From the NCBI GenBank assembly GCA_964016885.1, contig OZ024743.1:232996001-233060000 (forward strand): a stretch of 64,000 bases of DNA, given 5' to 3'. The DNA is from Eledone cirrhosa (lineage: Eukaryota). Positions 25,721-39,068 of this stretch are shown piece after piece (within the stretch, counting starts at the first letter, position 1; each line of letters opens with the position of its first letter). The notes below the pieces were generated by a model, which saw only the letters and a program-made list of their open reading frames with translations, had not been told where the DNA came from and did not search any database. The position numbers and the translations under genes were made by a program.

Positions 25721-28700
25721 CTACAGGCTTATGTAAAGAGAAGGCCCATTCACACGGGCCATTCTCGCCCCTTTCACCCACCTTTCATAAAAACGACTGG
25801 GGTGGAGCACCTCTCTCTCCATCCTGATCCTTCTTCCGAAATGATATCGGAAGAAACGGACCAGTTGTTGGCCAGAGAGAAAGGTGCCTGACCTCAGTCC
25901 TTTCAGACGCGTCCACCATACAACCTCTTTCGCCATGGCTATTACGCACAGAAACACCGCCTCTGCTTCATCTTTGAAGGGGGGAGGTGGCTTGATCATT
26001 ACAATAGACTCGGTGGTCAACCGGATCGGTCCCACCCTTGACAGCAGTTGTTCGACATAGCCCCACAGATCGGCTACGCCCGAGCAGTGTACCAATGCGT
26101 GTGCAACGGTTTCCTCGTCGCACACGCATCTGGGACAGATCTTTTTGGCGGGGTCCCTACCCGGGCGCCCGTGTATGTAGAGCCTTTCTCGAACGGGTAA
26201 AGCCCCTCGGTAGCACTGCCAGGCCAGGGACTTCTGGAAGTTGTCCATAGGTCCCGGGCTCAATGTCCTACCGAACAGGCTGGCCAGTTCGTCCTCCTCC
26301 ATGTCTAGGGCTTCTCCGAGGGCGTCGTCGCACCTGCTGCGTACCATCCCTCTATAGAATGTTGCGGTGGAGTCTCCACTGATAACCGGATCCGCCTGCC
26401 AGAGGGCGGTGAGCGCCTGGGCACACTCAGTGTGCCAGGCGCCCAGTTTTCTCGGTCTTTGCTTGACCCAGGATTGCAGCTCGGTGAGTGAGACGAGTCT
26501 GGGAAAGGTTCGTCTCACAAACGAGGTCCACACCGGTTGACCGGTGAGGAATACGTAGAGGTGCCGTAGCCTTAATGCGTGTTTACGCATCATTAGCCAC
26601 GGCAACCCCAGCCCTCCTTTCGAAGGGTGTTGACAGCAGATGGATCTCCTCACCATAGGAGCCCGCCTCTTCCAAAGGAATTGGAAGAGTGCGCGCTCCA
26701 TCTTGGTGAGGGTTTCCCTTGGGCAGGGCACTACGGTCAGGCGGTAGTAGATGACGGACGCTATGTAGGTGTTCGCCACCTCCGCCCGACCTTTCAGGGA
26801 TAGTTTGCAACTGGCCCACTTCTGGGTCAGTGCAAACACACTGTTCGTAACCTCCGCCCAGTTTTTCTCCACCTGGAGGTCCGGTCCGAACCAGACCCCG
26901 AGCAACTTCACCGGGCCCTCCGTCCAGCGTCCGACGACGCCATCGGAGGGCATCGGTCTGCACCTCCACGTGCCGAGTTGCAAACCGATTGACTTGTCCC
27001 GGTTCAGCTTAGCCCCTGTGAACCTTTCGTACTCCTCCAGTAAGGTGCCGACCGCCTCGATTTCGGAGGCCGTCGACACCATTACTGTCACGTCATCGGC
27101 GTAGGCCGACACCGCTTTCCGCAATCCCGGTTCCAAAGGGATGCCCTGCAACAACTCCAACTTCCGCAGTAGTGGCTCGAGAGTCAACACATACAGAAGG
27201 GAGGAGAGAGGGCACCCTTGTCGGATGGACCGCGCGATTTTGAACGGCTCCGAAAGGTAGCCGTTCACCTTGACCCTAGAGCAGATGTGGCTGCTGTGCA
27301 TGGCATTGATCCAGCCCCTGAAAACGGGTCCGAAGCCTGCCGCCGCTAGCACCGCATCCAGGTAACCATGGTCGACCCTATCGAATGCCTTAGATTGATC
27401 CAAGTTGATCAGGGCCCCACCAAAGCTGGGTTCGTTCCCAACCCTCTCTATGATGTATCGCATGAGGTGGAGGTTATCGTGGATGGACCTGAACGGGATA
27501 GCACATGTCTGCGCATCTCCCACCAGGTTGCCCACGACAAGCGCCAACCTCTTTGCTAGCACCTTGGCCAAAATCTGTAACTCTGTATTTAGCAGAGTTA
27601 TGGGCCTGAAGTTACTTATTTCGTCCCCCTTGTTCTCGTCCTTCCTCACTAGCGTGACTACGCCCTTGGTCACAGTACAGGGAATTCTCCCGTTCTGTTG
27701 CCAGTTGCAGTAGACCGCCTCGAGGAGATCGGGGAACAAGTCTGGCATAGCTAGATATAATTCGTAAGGAAGACCATCGAGACCCGGGGATTTGCGTTTG
27801 CCGCATTGGCTCAGCACGTCCTCTATCTCAGCGGCCGAAATCGGCTCCTCGCAGGACTTCGCCTCCCTGTCCGAGAGGCGCGGGAGGCCGTCGAGGTATG
27901 GACCGAAGTCCACGTTCCCAACCGGCTCCCCGCCCCTCCCGAACAGTCGGGCAAAGTGCCTTTGAAAGGCCTCACACATCTGCTTAGGCTCAAGAATCGC
28001 CCGTCCATCCAGGTCTCGCAAAGACCGGATGGTGGATTTAGTTCCACTGTTGGCCTCTGTCACGCGGGCCCAGCTAACAGCTTTGGTCCCCTCGTTCCCT
28101 AGAGCACGTATTTTACTTCGGACAACGCAGCCTTCGTGCTTCGCGTCGAAAAACTGGCTCAAAGCCGTTCTCGACGCTAGCACTCTGGCCACGTCGCCGC
28201 TTCTAATAGCCTCTTCTACTCTATCTATTAGCTCCCTTTCCTTCCTATTCCTATCCGCAGCTAGAACCTTACTAAATTCTATCGAAACTACTCTAATCTC
28301 TCTCTTTAGAGATACCCACCACCTGCTGTTGACGATCGCTCCAGTCAACCGTTCCTTAACTAACGTACTAATCCGATCCCTGTAGGCTCTACTTGCCGGC
28401 AAGGACAAGTTGAGCTTCCAGTAACCGGGGCCCTGTCTATGCGTTCTATCAAGGTTGACCATGCAGGTCACCAACTTGTGGTCTGAATAGCCAACCATGA
28501 GCATTTCTGGACAACTTAAAAAGTCCCTGTCCTTATTTCTAACTAAAAATCTATCTAGGTACGACCTAGATGATCCGCGGCGATTTGACCAAGACCAGGT
28601 TGGCACCGTCGGAAAATCTAGTCGAAATCTATCGGCCAGGTCAAATCGGCCGAGTAACCCCTTGAGGCTGTTGCACCCCTCTCTATCGGGACATGCCCCT

Positions 28701-29158
28701 GCATAGTCCCAACGTGCATCCAGGATACCATTCCAATCCCCCACTAAAAGCAGGGAACGGGACGTCCCTAGAAAAGACTCCAGACGCTGGAAAAAGTCGG
28801 GCCGCTCAGTCCCAAAAGGGGCATATGCGGCTACCAGCCTAAAGGCTCTACCTTCACCACTGCCAAGGTCCAGCACCACCAGTCGACCCCCTGGGTCCAA
28901 GTGAACTATCTGTGTTGCAAGGCCCATATGTTTTTGCAGCAGAACGACAACCCCACCCCCACCTCCGGGCTGACAGAGAGATGCGAGCATCTCAAAGTCG
29001 TCAAAGGTGGGGGCTAGCTGTCGCATGCTGCTGATCCGGGCCTCTCAGATAACCATCACATTTATAGATTGTGACCTGAGGTCATTTAGAAGCATTGCTT
29101 GCTTCCAAGACGAGCCCAGGCCACGCGCATTTAGACACCCTGCTCTTAGCACAGCCAT
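25721..29158 (-). pseudogene. LINE ORF2: APE endonuclease, reverse transcriptase and CCHC finger; single in-frame TGA at codon 38
   Basis: MAVLRAGCLNARGL..VI*EAR continues in frame into the 1101-aa ORF with GDWN, SYLDRF, YSDH, KSPGLDGL, FRPITLLN, LDQSKAFDRVDH, RQGCPLS, AYADDV, CPRC..H..C. Confidence 0.95.
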
Positions 29159-29182
29159 GTTGGTGGTAAGGAGAAAAGGCAC

Positions 29183-29557
29183 TTACCTCTCTTCGTCCCG
29201 GGAAACGGGCCGCTCAATTTCCATGCTGGTTGGGGATGGGTTGTTGGGTGGGGTGGTGGTTTGTGGAAGTGAAGGGACATCGGTGTGTTGTGGGGTTGGG
29301 GTGTTTGTGGTTGAGTGGGTGTCTGGGTGGGGGGGGGGGTGACATTTTTTAGGAGGACGCGGTTGATTGGTTTGGCGCGGGGGGGGGGGGGCCACGTCCT
29401 CCGTGAAATTTATTTTCAGTGTTTTGTACAAGTGCATTGGGACTTTTATCATTTTTAAATGAGGTAGTCCCACAGCAGTTTTAAAGTTAGGCCCTTCGGT
29501 TTGGACCGAAGGGTTTGCTGAAATTGTTTTCCGTAATTCTTTGTTGTCTGTGTTCAT
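29183..29557 (-). pseudogene. Truncated ORF1 C-terminus (Pro/Thr-rich) of the Tx1-like LINE
   Basis: Stop codon lies 24 nt upstream of the ORF2 ATG; position and composition typical of Tx1 ORF1 tails. Confidence 0.6.
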
Positions 29558-29570
29558 GTATGTATATTGT

Positions 29571-29606
<36 letters not shown>

Positions 29607-29607
<1 letters not shown>

Positions 29608-29911
29608 TTCTTTATTTGCCACACGGGCGCACAAGAAAAGGGGACAATACAAAGACACATGCCGGGGATTTTACATACAGTCGTGTAAAAATGTTGAAAC
29701 AAACAATTATAACAATCGAAATCCCCGATAGGGGGGAGGCGTTACAAATGGGTTGTTTAATACTCCGTCGATAGAACAACCCTCAACTTCAGGAGCGTGT
29801 TGTGCAAGTGCTCCTTTCTTCCATTTGCTCTCTTCTTCAACCTACAGGTTTATATACAGAGAAGGCCCAATCACTCGGGCCATTTCCGCTTCGTTCACCC
29901 ACCTTTCAGTA
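29607..29911 (-). mobile_element. Tx1-like LINE 3' fragment 5 in (GATA)n
   Basis: ORF2 end (ERWVN..) plus 3' UTR; GATA on both sides. Confidence 0.85.
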
Positions 29912-30117
29912 AGATAGATAGATAAATAGTTAGATATTCGAAAATAGGCAACTATTATATCTAACTAATTACCTATCAATATATACATCTCCCAATTATT
30001 ATATTTTGTCATTTTATCTCTGTTTATTTTCGTATTTTATTTATTTCATTAATATTCTATTTAATTTCCCCATCACCCAACAATAAATATCTGTAGACCT
30101 ATCCTCGTGCTAGAGAT

Positions 30118-30237
<120 letters not shown>

Positions 30238-30480
30238 GCGTGTGTGTGTGTGTGTTGTGCCCTGGAGCGAAGTATCGAATCGAATGCAATGCGAATAATT
30301 ATTGTAGTCAGAAAATTGTGAGTTGTGGTCCATTAATGTTCAAATTGGATATTCTAGAAAATGGCTAGGTAACAAAACACCTTCACTCATCATATCATTA
30401 GGAGATACAGTCATTGTATGTAAGTTGGGCTGTCTAGACAGAATATCAGATGATCACATGCCATTATATATATATATATA

Positions 30481-30661
30481 GGGCGGTGAATTGGCAGTAT
30501 CGGTGGAGGGTCGGACATGCTTTCCAGCATAGTTACATCCTTTTACGATCTGAGTTCAATTCCCGCCGAGGTTAACTTTGCCTTTCATCCTTACGGAGTC
30601 GATAAAAAAAGTACCAGTAATGTACTGGGATAATTGCTGGCCTTGTGCCAAAAGTAGAAAC

Positions 30662-30665
<4 letters not shown>
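30481..30665 (+). mobile_element. tRNA-derived SINE, full length
   Basis: GGCGGTGAATTGGCAG head, TGAGTTCAATTCC B-box, central domain, 3' end GTAGAAACAATTA. Confidence 0.85.
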
Positions 30666-30703
<38 letters not shown>

Positions 30704-30710
<7 letters not shown>

Positions 30711-31095
30711 TAAACGGAAAAGAAAATGCTGACAAATTGTTCACAGTTAAAAATAGTTTAATTAGAATAAGTGAGAATTAGTAATAGTATTGGTTAGTAT
30801 TCAGTTTTGGTTTTAAGTTTTACCGGTTGCGCATTTCTAATGCTTTTCAAAAATAATTTTGAGATAGAGCGTCCGTGATGTTTAAACATCACGGATGCTC
30901 TATCTCAAAATTATTTTTGAAAAGCATTAGAAATGCGCAACCGGTAAAACTTAAAACCAAAACTGAATACTAACCAATACTATTACTAATTCTCACTTAT
31001 TCTAATTAAACTATTTTTAACTGTGAACAATTTGTCAGCATTTTCTTTTCCGTTTACCAATATATCATAACTTGTGTTTTAGACCTCTATTCTTT

Positions 31096-31097
<2 letters not shown>
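30704..31097. mobile_element. About 360-bp near-perfect palindrome plus one-sided tail; PLE pLTR fold-back
   Basis: Arms 30704-30883/30884-31063 with no loop (GATGTTT|AAACATC); decayed hammerhead-like TTGAAAA-GCATT..ATGC-GCAA-CCGG-TA; related mini-hairpin at 31185-31277. Confidence 0.75.
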
Positions 31098-31190
<93 letters not shown>

Positions 31191-31463
31191 AATAGAGGTG
31201 TGACACACGAGTTGTGATATATTAGTAAAAAGGAAAAGAAAATGCTGACAAATAGCAGCCTTTTCCTTTTTACTAATATATATATATAATTGAATATACA
31301 AGGGAGATGAACATTAATATATACATATATGTGTCCGAATTGTAAGGACCAGGTTTACTAGGGTGAAAAAATACTAACTACAGCAATATGGTTTGCTAGA
31401 CTTAATTTAAATTAGTAAATTAAGAAAAATAATAACAAACCTATATTGGGCAACTGCCTGAAA

Positions 31464-31545
31464 ACACCTAGACAGTTATAGGAACTGTTCCGCAAAAATC
31501 CTATTGAGCGAAGTCATCACCATTTCTCAGCTCATCAGTAGGTGT
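31464..31545 (-). ncRNA. Type-I hammerhead (GAAA mutated to GGAA)
   Basis: Stem I ACACCTA/TAGGTGT; CTGATGA; stem III CAGTT/AACTG; GTC triplet. Confidence 0.7.
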
Positions 31546-31699
31546 CAAGAAATTAGCGATCCTTCCACTTCTAAAAATATTAGAAGACTGAATTGTGTGC
31601 GATATGAAATAACGCACATGTCTTCGGAGCCTAGCTTGTCTCGAAAATATATATATACACATATATATGTATGTATACATATATATATGTATATATATG

Positions 31700-31807
<108 letters not shown>

Positions 31808-31814
31808 ATATATA

Positions 31815-31842
31815 TACCTCCGATTCAACCCGGAATAACTTA

Positions 31843-31878
<36 letters not shown>

Positions 31879-31934
31879 ATATATATATATTCAATATATA
31901 TATATATATATATATATATTGAATATATATATAT

Positions 31935-31986
<52 letters not shown>

Positions 31987-32014
31987 TAAGTTATTCCGGG
32001 TTGAATCGGAGGTA
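31815..32014. repeat. Palindrome centred on (TA)n that duplicates a pLTR end
   Basis: TACCTCCGATTCAACCCGGAATAACTTACC mirrored at 31985-32014; TTCAA/TTGAA interruptions mirrored. Confidence 0.9.
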
Positions 32015-32071
32015 ACCACAGTAAGTAAGGTACTCAATGCATAGAGGAGTATAAAAGTTTTAATATAGATG

Positions 32072-32122
32072 AGATTCTACAGGACTAGAACTGTTTCGTT
32101 CTTTAGAAATCATCAGGAATCT
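32072..32122 (-). ncRNA. Type-I hammerhead ribozyme, intact core
   Basis: AGATTC-CTGATGA-TTTCTaaAGAAC-GAAA-CAG..CTG-TA-GAATCT. Confidence 0.85.
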
Positions 32123-33009
32123 GGCTGTCCATAATAAATGTGGTATTTATATATTTTCTGGTTGTAGGAGAGGGTGGGGAGTGTGGAGGTCATTAGTTGA
32201 AAGAAAAGGGAATTCATTGAAAGCTAATTCTTTAAAACTATAATTTATATTTAGAGTGACAAAGGCAGAAAGAATTCTATAAACAAGTTCAAATTGAGGT
32301 GCCACTCCTAATTTTTAAGTTCCTCTTAAGCCAACAATGCCTATATTTCAGGTGTTGGGTGTCAGTCATGGTTGATGGATTTAAAGAAAAGGGAAATTCT
32401 TTAAAACTAATTCTTTAAAGCTCTACTTAGAGTGACAAAGGCCAAGAGAATTCTATAAACCAGTTCAAATATTGGGTGCCTATCCTTATTATCATGTTCA
32501 ATGAATAAATCAAAAAATGAGTTTTACAATAGATTGGAAGCACTCAACAGTATAGGTTTTCCAGAGTTATTAATATTAATTCAAAATATTAACAAAATAG
32601 ATATTCTTGTGATCAAGTATTTTTTATTATACATATTTCATGGATAACGAGTTAACTTCAACAGTACGTCCTCATCGGGTAAGATAAGATGATGCATGAC
32701 ATACCGTGACATAGTAGATGGTTAAGATTCAGTCATGGTAGTGAGTAATATATGACAAAACTCAATATTTATATACCTTAATATTGAGAAACATGAGAAA
32801 AATATATAATACATACAATACAGAGGGTGCGTGTGAGACAGCTTAAAAATACTTGGCATCAATGTAACTGTTAAATAATTTAAATTACTGAAGAAATAGG
32901 AAAGAAAAGAAAAGCATAGAGGAAGAGACAGATGAGGGGATAATATAGCTAGGAGGAGCCTAGAAAAGCAAAAGAGAGTTGATTATAGAGAGAGAGATAA
33001 GGATAAAGA

Positions 33010-34182
<1,173 letters not shown>

Positions 34183-34186
<4 letters not shown>

Positions 34187-34727
34187 GGAAAAATTTGAAC
34201 AGGGACAAAACAGAGAGGCAGTACAACGAATGTTTATTAATTTCACGCTCTGGAGAGTGGGGTGTTGGTGGGGGACGACGTTTCGGGCATAAGCCCTTCC
34301 TCAGGTGAGAAGTGTGTGGGAACAGAGTTCAAAGGGTGTGTAGGGGAGTGGTGGAGAGACATATAGCGAAAGGAAACGGTGCGAATGAAAAAATAAAAAA
34401 TAAAGATAAAAATAAAAATAAAGCATGATCAAAATACAAGGAATGAGATAAATTTAAAAATAAAGGCATGATCAAAATAAACTGAAATTAAAAGGGGGGT
34501 AAACAGGTGGTGGAAGGGTGTGGGGTGTGTAGGGGTGGTGGTGGGTGGAGTGGGGAGAGGGAGACGGGGTGTCCGAGCGGGGAGGGCTGAAGGTGGTGTG
34601 TGTGTGTAGGTGTGCGTGTGTGTGTGTGTGTGTGTATGTGAAAGTAAGGGTTGGGAGAAGAACGGGGTTGCATGTTCAGGAAGAGGTGTGTGTGTGGGGG
34701 GGGGGGGGGGTTGTGGATGTATATGTA

Positions 34728-34778
<51 letters not shown>

Positions 34779-34801
34779 ATGTGTATATATGTGTATATAT
34801 A

Positions 34802-34832
<31 letters not shown>

Positions 34833-34869
34833 GTACATATATCTATATATGTGTATATATATGTATATA

Positions 34870-34959
<90 letters not shown>

Positions 34960-35004
34960 GTATGTTTGTGTATGTGTATATGTGTATATGTATGTATATG
35001 TGTA

Positions 35005-35052
<48 letters not shown>

Positions 35053-35085
35053 TACATACACACATATACACATACACAAACATAC

Positions 35086-35116
<31 letters not shown>

Positions 35117-35128
35117 ATATATATAAAT

Positions 35129-35164
<36 letters not shown>

Positions 35165-35198
35165 TATATATACATATATATACACATATATACATATA

Positions 35199-35252
<54 letters not shown>

Positions 35253-35268
35253 TATATATACACATATA

Positions 35269-35354
<86 letters not shown>

Positions 35355-36070
35355 CATACACATATATACACATATGCAGGTACATAAGAACGCACCACAC
35401 ACAACCATACGCATACAAACGAACGGCCACTCATACAAATACATACTTACATGTACTCATAAATAAACGCATATACACAGGCACATAAATACACCTCTAC
35501 AGACAGAAAATGCAGATAGGTAAGAGGTACTTACATAACCATAGTGCCGTGTTTCAGGTCGAGAAGGAGTAGGGGTAGGGTGGGGAGGAGGTAGAGGGTC
35601 TATTTGCCGGGTGGCGTTTAAAAAAAAATAGAGGAAGTCTTTTTTAGCCATCTGGCATTAACACTGGCTTAAGGTATTTGAAAGTTGCAAAGTTTTTGTG
35701 CATGCAGTTCGGGAAGTGTTCAGAGAGTTTGTTCAGTAGCGGGCCCTTGGCGAATAATATTTCGTTTGCTCTCTGAGATACAAAGGTCGCAGCACTTGTG
35801 TCCTCCGTTTTATGAGCGCGCTTTCTGGAGTATATTCCATTTAAGCGTGTTTGGGGTGGAGTTTCTTTTGAGGTCCCAAACATAGGGGGCGAGTGTTGTC
35901 TGATTTGATTTGTCCGATCAACTGAAGGAGTGGGTATGGGCACACCACCGGGTCTTAAAGTTATTGGAGGTCATGCCGATGCAAGTCTTTTTGTTGTTGC
36001 AATCATCGGTGCCTGAGATGACATCGCATTTGTATACGATATCATTTGTCGGGCATTTGTTTTCTTTCAA
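34183..36070 (-). mobile_element. Naiad-type PLE remnant (GIY-YIG pseudogene, 3' UTR, pLTR with minimal hammerhead at 34274-34308)
   Basis: Minus strand IVYKCDV..CIGMTSNNFKTRW.AH..SF..VWDLK..LKWNILQKA..CDLCISE..LLNKLSE..CMH at 35640-36070; CTGAGGA-A-GGGC ttat GCCC-GAAA-CG-TC. Confidence 0.8.
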
Positions 36071-36155
36071 CCAATGACCTCCACCCATTCCACTCCTCCA
36101 CCCTCTCCTACCACCAGAAAATATATAAATACCACAACATTTATTTTGGACAGCC

Positions 36156-36206
36156 AGATTCCTGATGATTTCTAAAGAATGAAACAGTTCTAGTCCTGTA
36201 GAATCT
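36156..36206 (+). ncRNA. Type-I hammerhead ribozyme in inverted pLTR
   Basis: Inverted copy of 32072-32122 within inverted repeat about 32056-32208/36060-36222. Confidence 0.85.
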
Positions 36207-36746
36207 CATCTATATTAAAACTATATATATATATATACAAACATACATAGATATACATCTACATGTATACACTTACACACACATATATATATATATATAA
36301 ACACACGCACACAAATATATAAACATATATACACACACACACATCTATATAATCATTATACCAAACGTATATATACACACACACATCTATATAATCATTA
36401 TACCAAAAGCTTATTTTTTATTAGCAGACAGTATTATTGATTTAGGTGTTGCAGAAACCCAATTTAGGAGTATTCCATCTTCCCCGTGGGTCCGGGTAAA
36501 TATTTCAATCATATCTCATTTTGTTTGACCCGTTTAGCTTGTTCGCTTTTTTGGCTATGGTGGTTAATGGCTTCTTAACCATCGTCTCAGCGTGTATGAC
36601 CATTTTAACTTATGTTTATAGCTCTGGTATCTTCTTCATATCCATGCAGCGCATGTCTGCACAATATGGAAGTTGCGTTTCGCTAATTTCTACCCGCCGA
36701 AATGCGATTCTCGCTAAATTTATATTTGTAATCATATATATATATA

Positions 36747-36843
<97 letters not shown>

Positions 36844-38563
36844 TCTTGGTGCATGGTTAGGTTCCGCTTCCAACTACATCTTTTTTTAAATCTCACTGCG
36901 TGGCACATTGATGTCCATCCCTCCCTTGGGCTAACTGTGCTTACATCGTGGGTGCATATCTGAGAAAGGCGCAATACTGAACATTATAGAATCGCTGTTT
37001 TATACATATTTGTATACTTAAATTAAATTTAATATATAATAATTTCCTGCGATCAATAAATACATCGCTAAACATCTTTGCCGCAGAGTAGCATTGGTTA
37101 ATTTTCTAAATTGGTTGGGAATATCATGTAGCGATATGACTCGTTATATAATTTATTGTACGTGGATGTGAACTGTGACTTGTAAACTGCAGACTTAGTA
37201 ATTTTCTGAGTGTGGCCAGAGTAAGAAGTTTTAAAACTATATTCGTCAACTTACCAAGCTGAAAATTGAAACGTGGCGCATAACTTGGAGAAGTGGGGGC
37301 TTCCATCATGGAGCTAGCCATGGGGCTAAATTCACAGTAGCCGACGATGGCTTGGTGATGTCTACCATATTTCTAGTTAGTTCGATGCCTTGTATAGGAT
37401 ATTTGATGAACGGTTACTGTGTGTAAACTTGTTCAAAGAACCGTTCTTGCTGATGACAAGCTTAATTCGTTGCTCGGTGAAAAACCACTAGCTTGACATT
37501 GGGTACCTTGATAGCTTTAGCTGGATTCACTCGGTAGCAAAAATTCGAGGCAGGTCACCGATATCGGAAGCCAGAGTCAGATTGTGTTCTTCTGAGGCTT
37601 TAAACACTTAAACATTTTGGTGCCCCCTCCCCCGCCCTATATAAAGTCTGCAAAAGAATGATTAAAATGGTACTTCTCTTACCTAAGCATGTGCTATTTT
37701 GCGCAATCGTTAACCGAGCCATACGAGAGGCTCTGAAAAAAGAAAGGGCGTGAACCTTCCTTCTCTGGTTAAGCCATTGAAAAAATATCGCTAAAGGTAT
37801 GTTTTCTCAAGAAAAATAATAAATTATATAAATTATAAAATGTAAAATATATCATTAATCGTGTCTTCGAACGTATAAAGGTGTTGGAGATAAAAAAATA
37901 AAAAAAAGTGAACAGAGATTCCTGCGCAGAATTGAACTCCGCATCTCTTGAATGCCAAGCGTGTTCGTTAAATCAACCGCTTTGTTTTTACAAACACTTA
38001 AACACACACATGTTGATCTTGATATGTGACTCTTCGGGGAAATGGAGAAATATCAGGTCACTAAGTATGAAATGTCTAATTTTGAATTGAAGGTTTAGTT
38101 TATAATCAGACACTTCATACTTAACCTAATTTATAAAATGTATTTCATTATAAATATTATCAGTGAAAACTATCATTTACTTCAAGGATGTTTAAATATT
38201 GCGTGCTGCATTTCTCGGCATCCCAAATAACGACAATAGAGTCAGTCAGTTTGCAATTCAAAAGCTACGGATGCAGAAATATAATTCAAAGTTCGTAATT
38301 TGTATTTCTTTGCATGAAGGCAAGAAAAAACATTTTTTCCTGCACATTCAGGATACTAGCTGACGTAATCGGTTGTTGTTTTTTAATTGTTTCTGGAGCA
38401 CTCTTAGACCCATACCACACTGCTCGGATCTAGCTGTCGAAACGAAAGTAGGAGCTAAAGTTCAGTCGTCGGTGTCCCGAATCTTTTCATATTACCCACT
38501 CTACTACCCCAAGTATCGAGTACTCTAGTGGGTTATGGTCCACCTGGTATCTTACCACAACTT

Positions 38564-38614
<51 letters not shown>

Positions 38615-38824
38615 TTCGTTTCTGAATTTGTTTAGCAAGATTCTTTATTTGAAAACGTGTGTTGAAACTGATATTGTTATACTTCGGGAGGGTCATGTTG
38701 CTAATAAGAAACACACGCACCAGTTGCTTTCACTTCAATTTATTATAATAAATTTATAAATTTAGGAATTTATAAATTTCTGGTTGGTTGGTTGGTTCCA
38801 CAACCAGATAGTTGTTTATATATT

Positions 38825-38867
38825 GTCAAAGTTCTTTCGTCACACATTCTGTGACCTCTTCAGTGAC
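38825..38867 (-). ncRNA. Minimal hammerhead ribozyme in 3' pLTR, intact core
   Basis: GTCA-CTGAAGA-G-GTCACA gaatg TGTGAC-GAAA-GAAC-TT-TGAC. Confidence 0.85.
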
Positions 38868-39068
38868 TGGGGATTATTTTCTTTGTTTTTGTGCCTCTCC
38901 TTTGTTCTGTCCTACGCCATTTTGTTTCTGTGTGTGTGTTGTGTGTTCAGTCTGCGCATGCGCCACATCCGGGTGTCTGTGTGTGTTTATATTCGTTTAT
39001 TTATTTGTTTATTTACATGTTACCGGTTGGTTGTTTGTTCTATGTGTGTGTGTGTTTTCATTTTGTCC

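Larger units (their letters stand above)
25460..29570 (-). mobile_element. Tx1/L1-clade LINE, 5'-truncated within ORF1, near-intact ORF2
   Basis: ORF1 C-terminus 29183-29557, ORF2, 3' UTR with AATAAA; GATA repeats at both junctions. Confidence 0.95.

Noticed and set aside
26038-28706. Antisense and alternate-frame ORFs overlapping the Tx1, PLE and Dong ORFs
   Set aside because: Shadow ORFs of TE coding sequence
37905-37985. tRNA-like sequence on the minus strand
   Set aside because: B-box only, no cloverleaf; probably a decayed SINE head, as for the other B-box hits
36430-38340. Unique-looking sequence as a possible host exon or RTE remnant
   Set aside because: Stops in the frames checked; only weak SGFR/LHDG-like words and no coherent alignment
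38347-38481. Possible long-stem-II hammerhead related to 6377 and 18340
   Set aside because: Stem I and GAAAC..GTC are present but the core (AG-CTGACGT) is disrupted; too decayed to call
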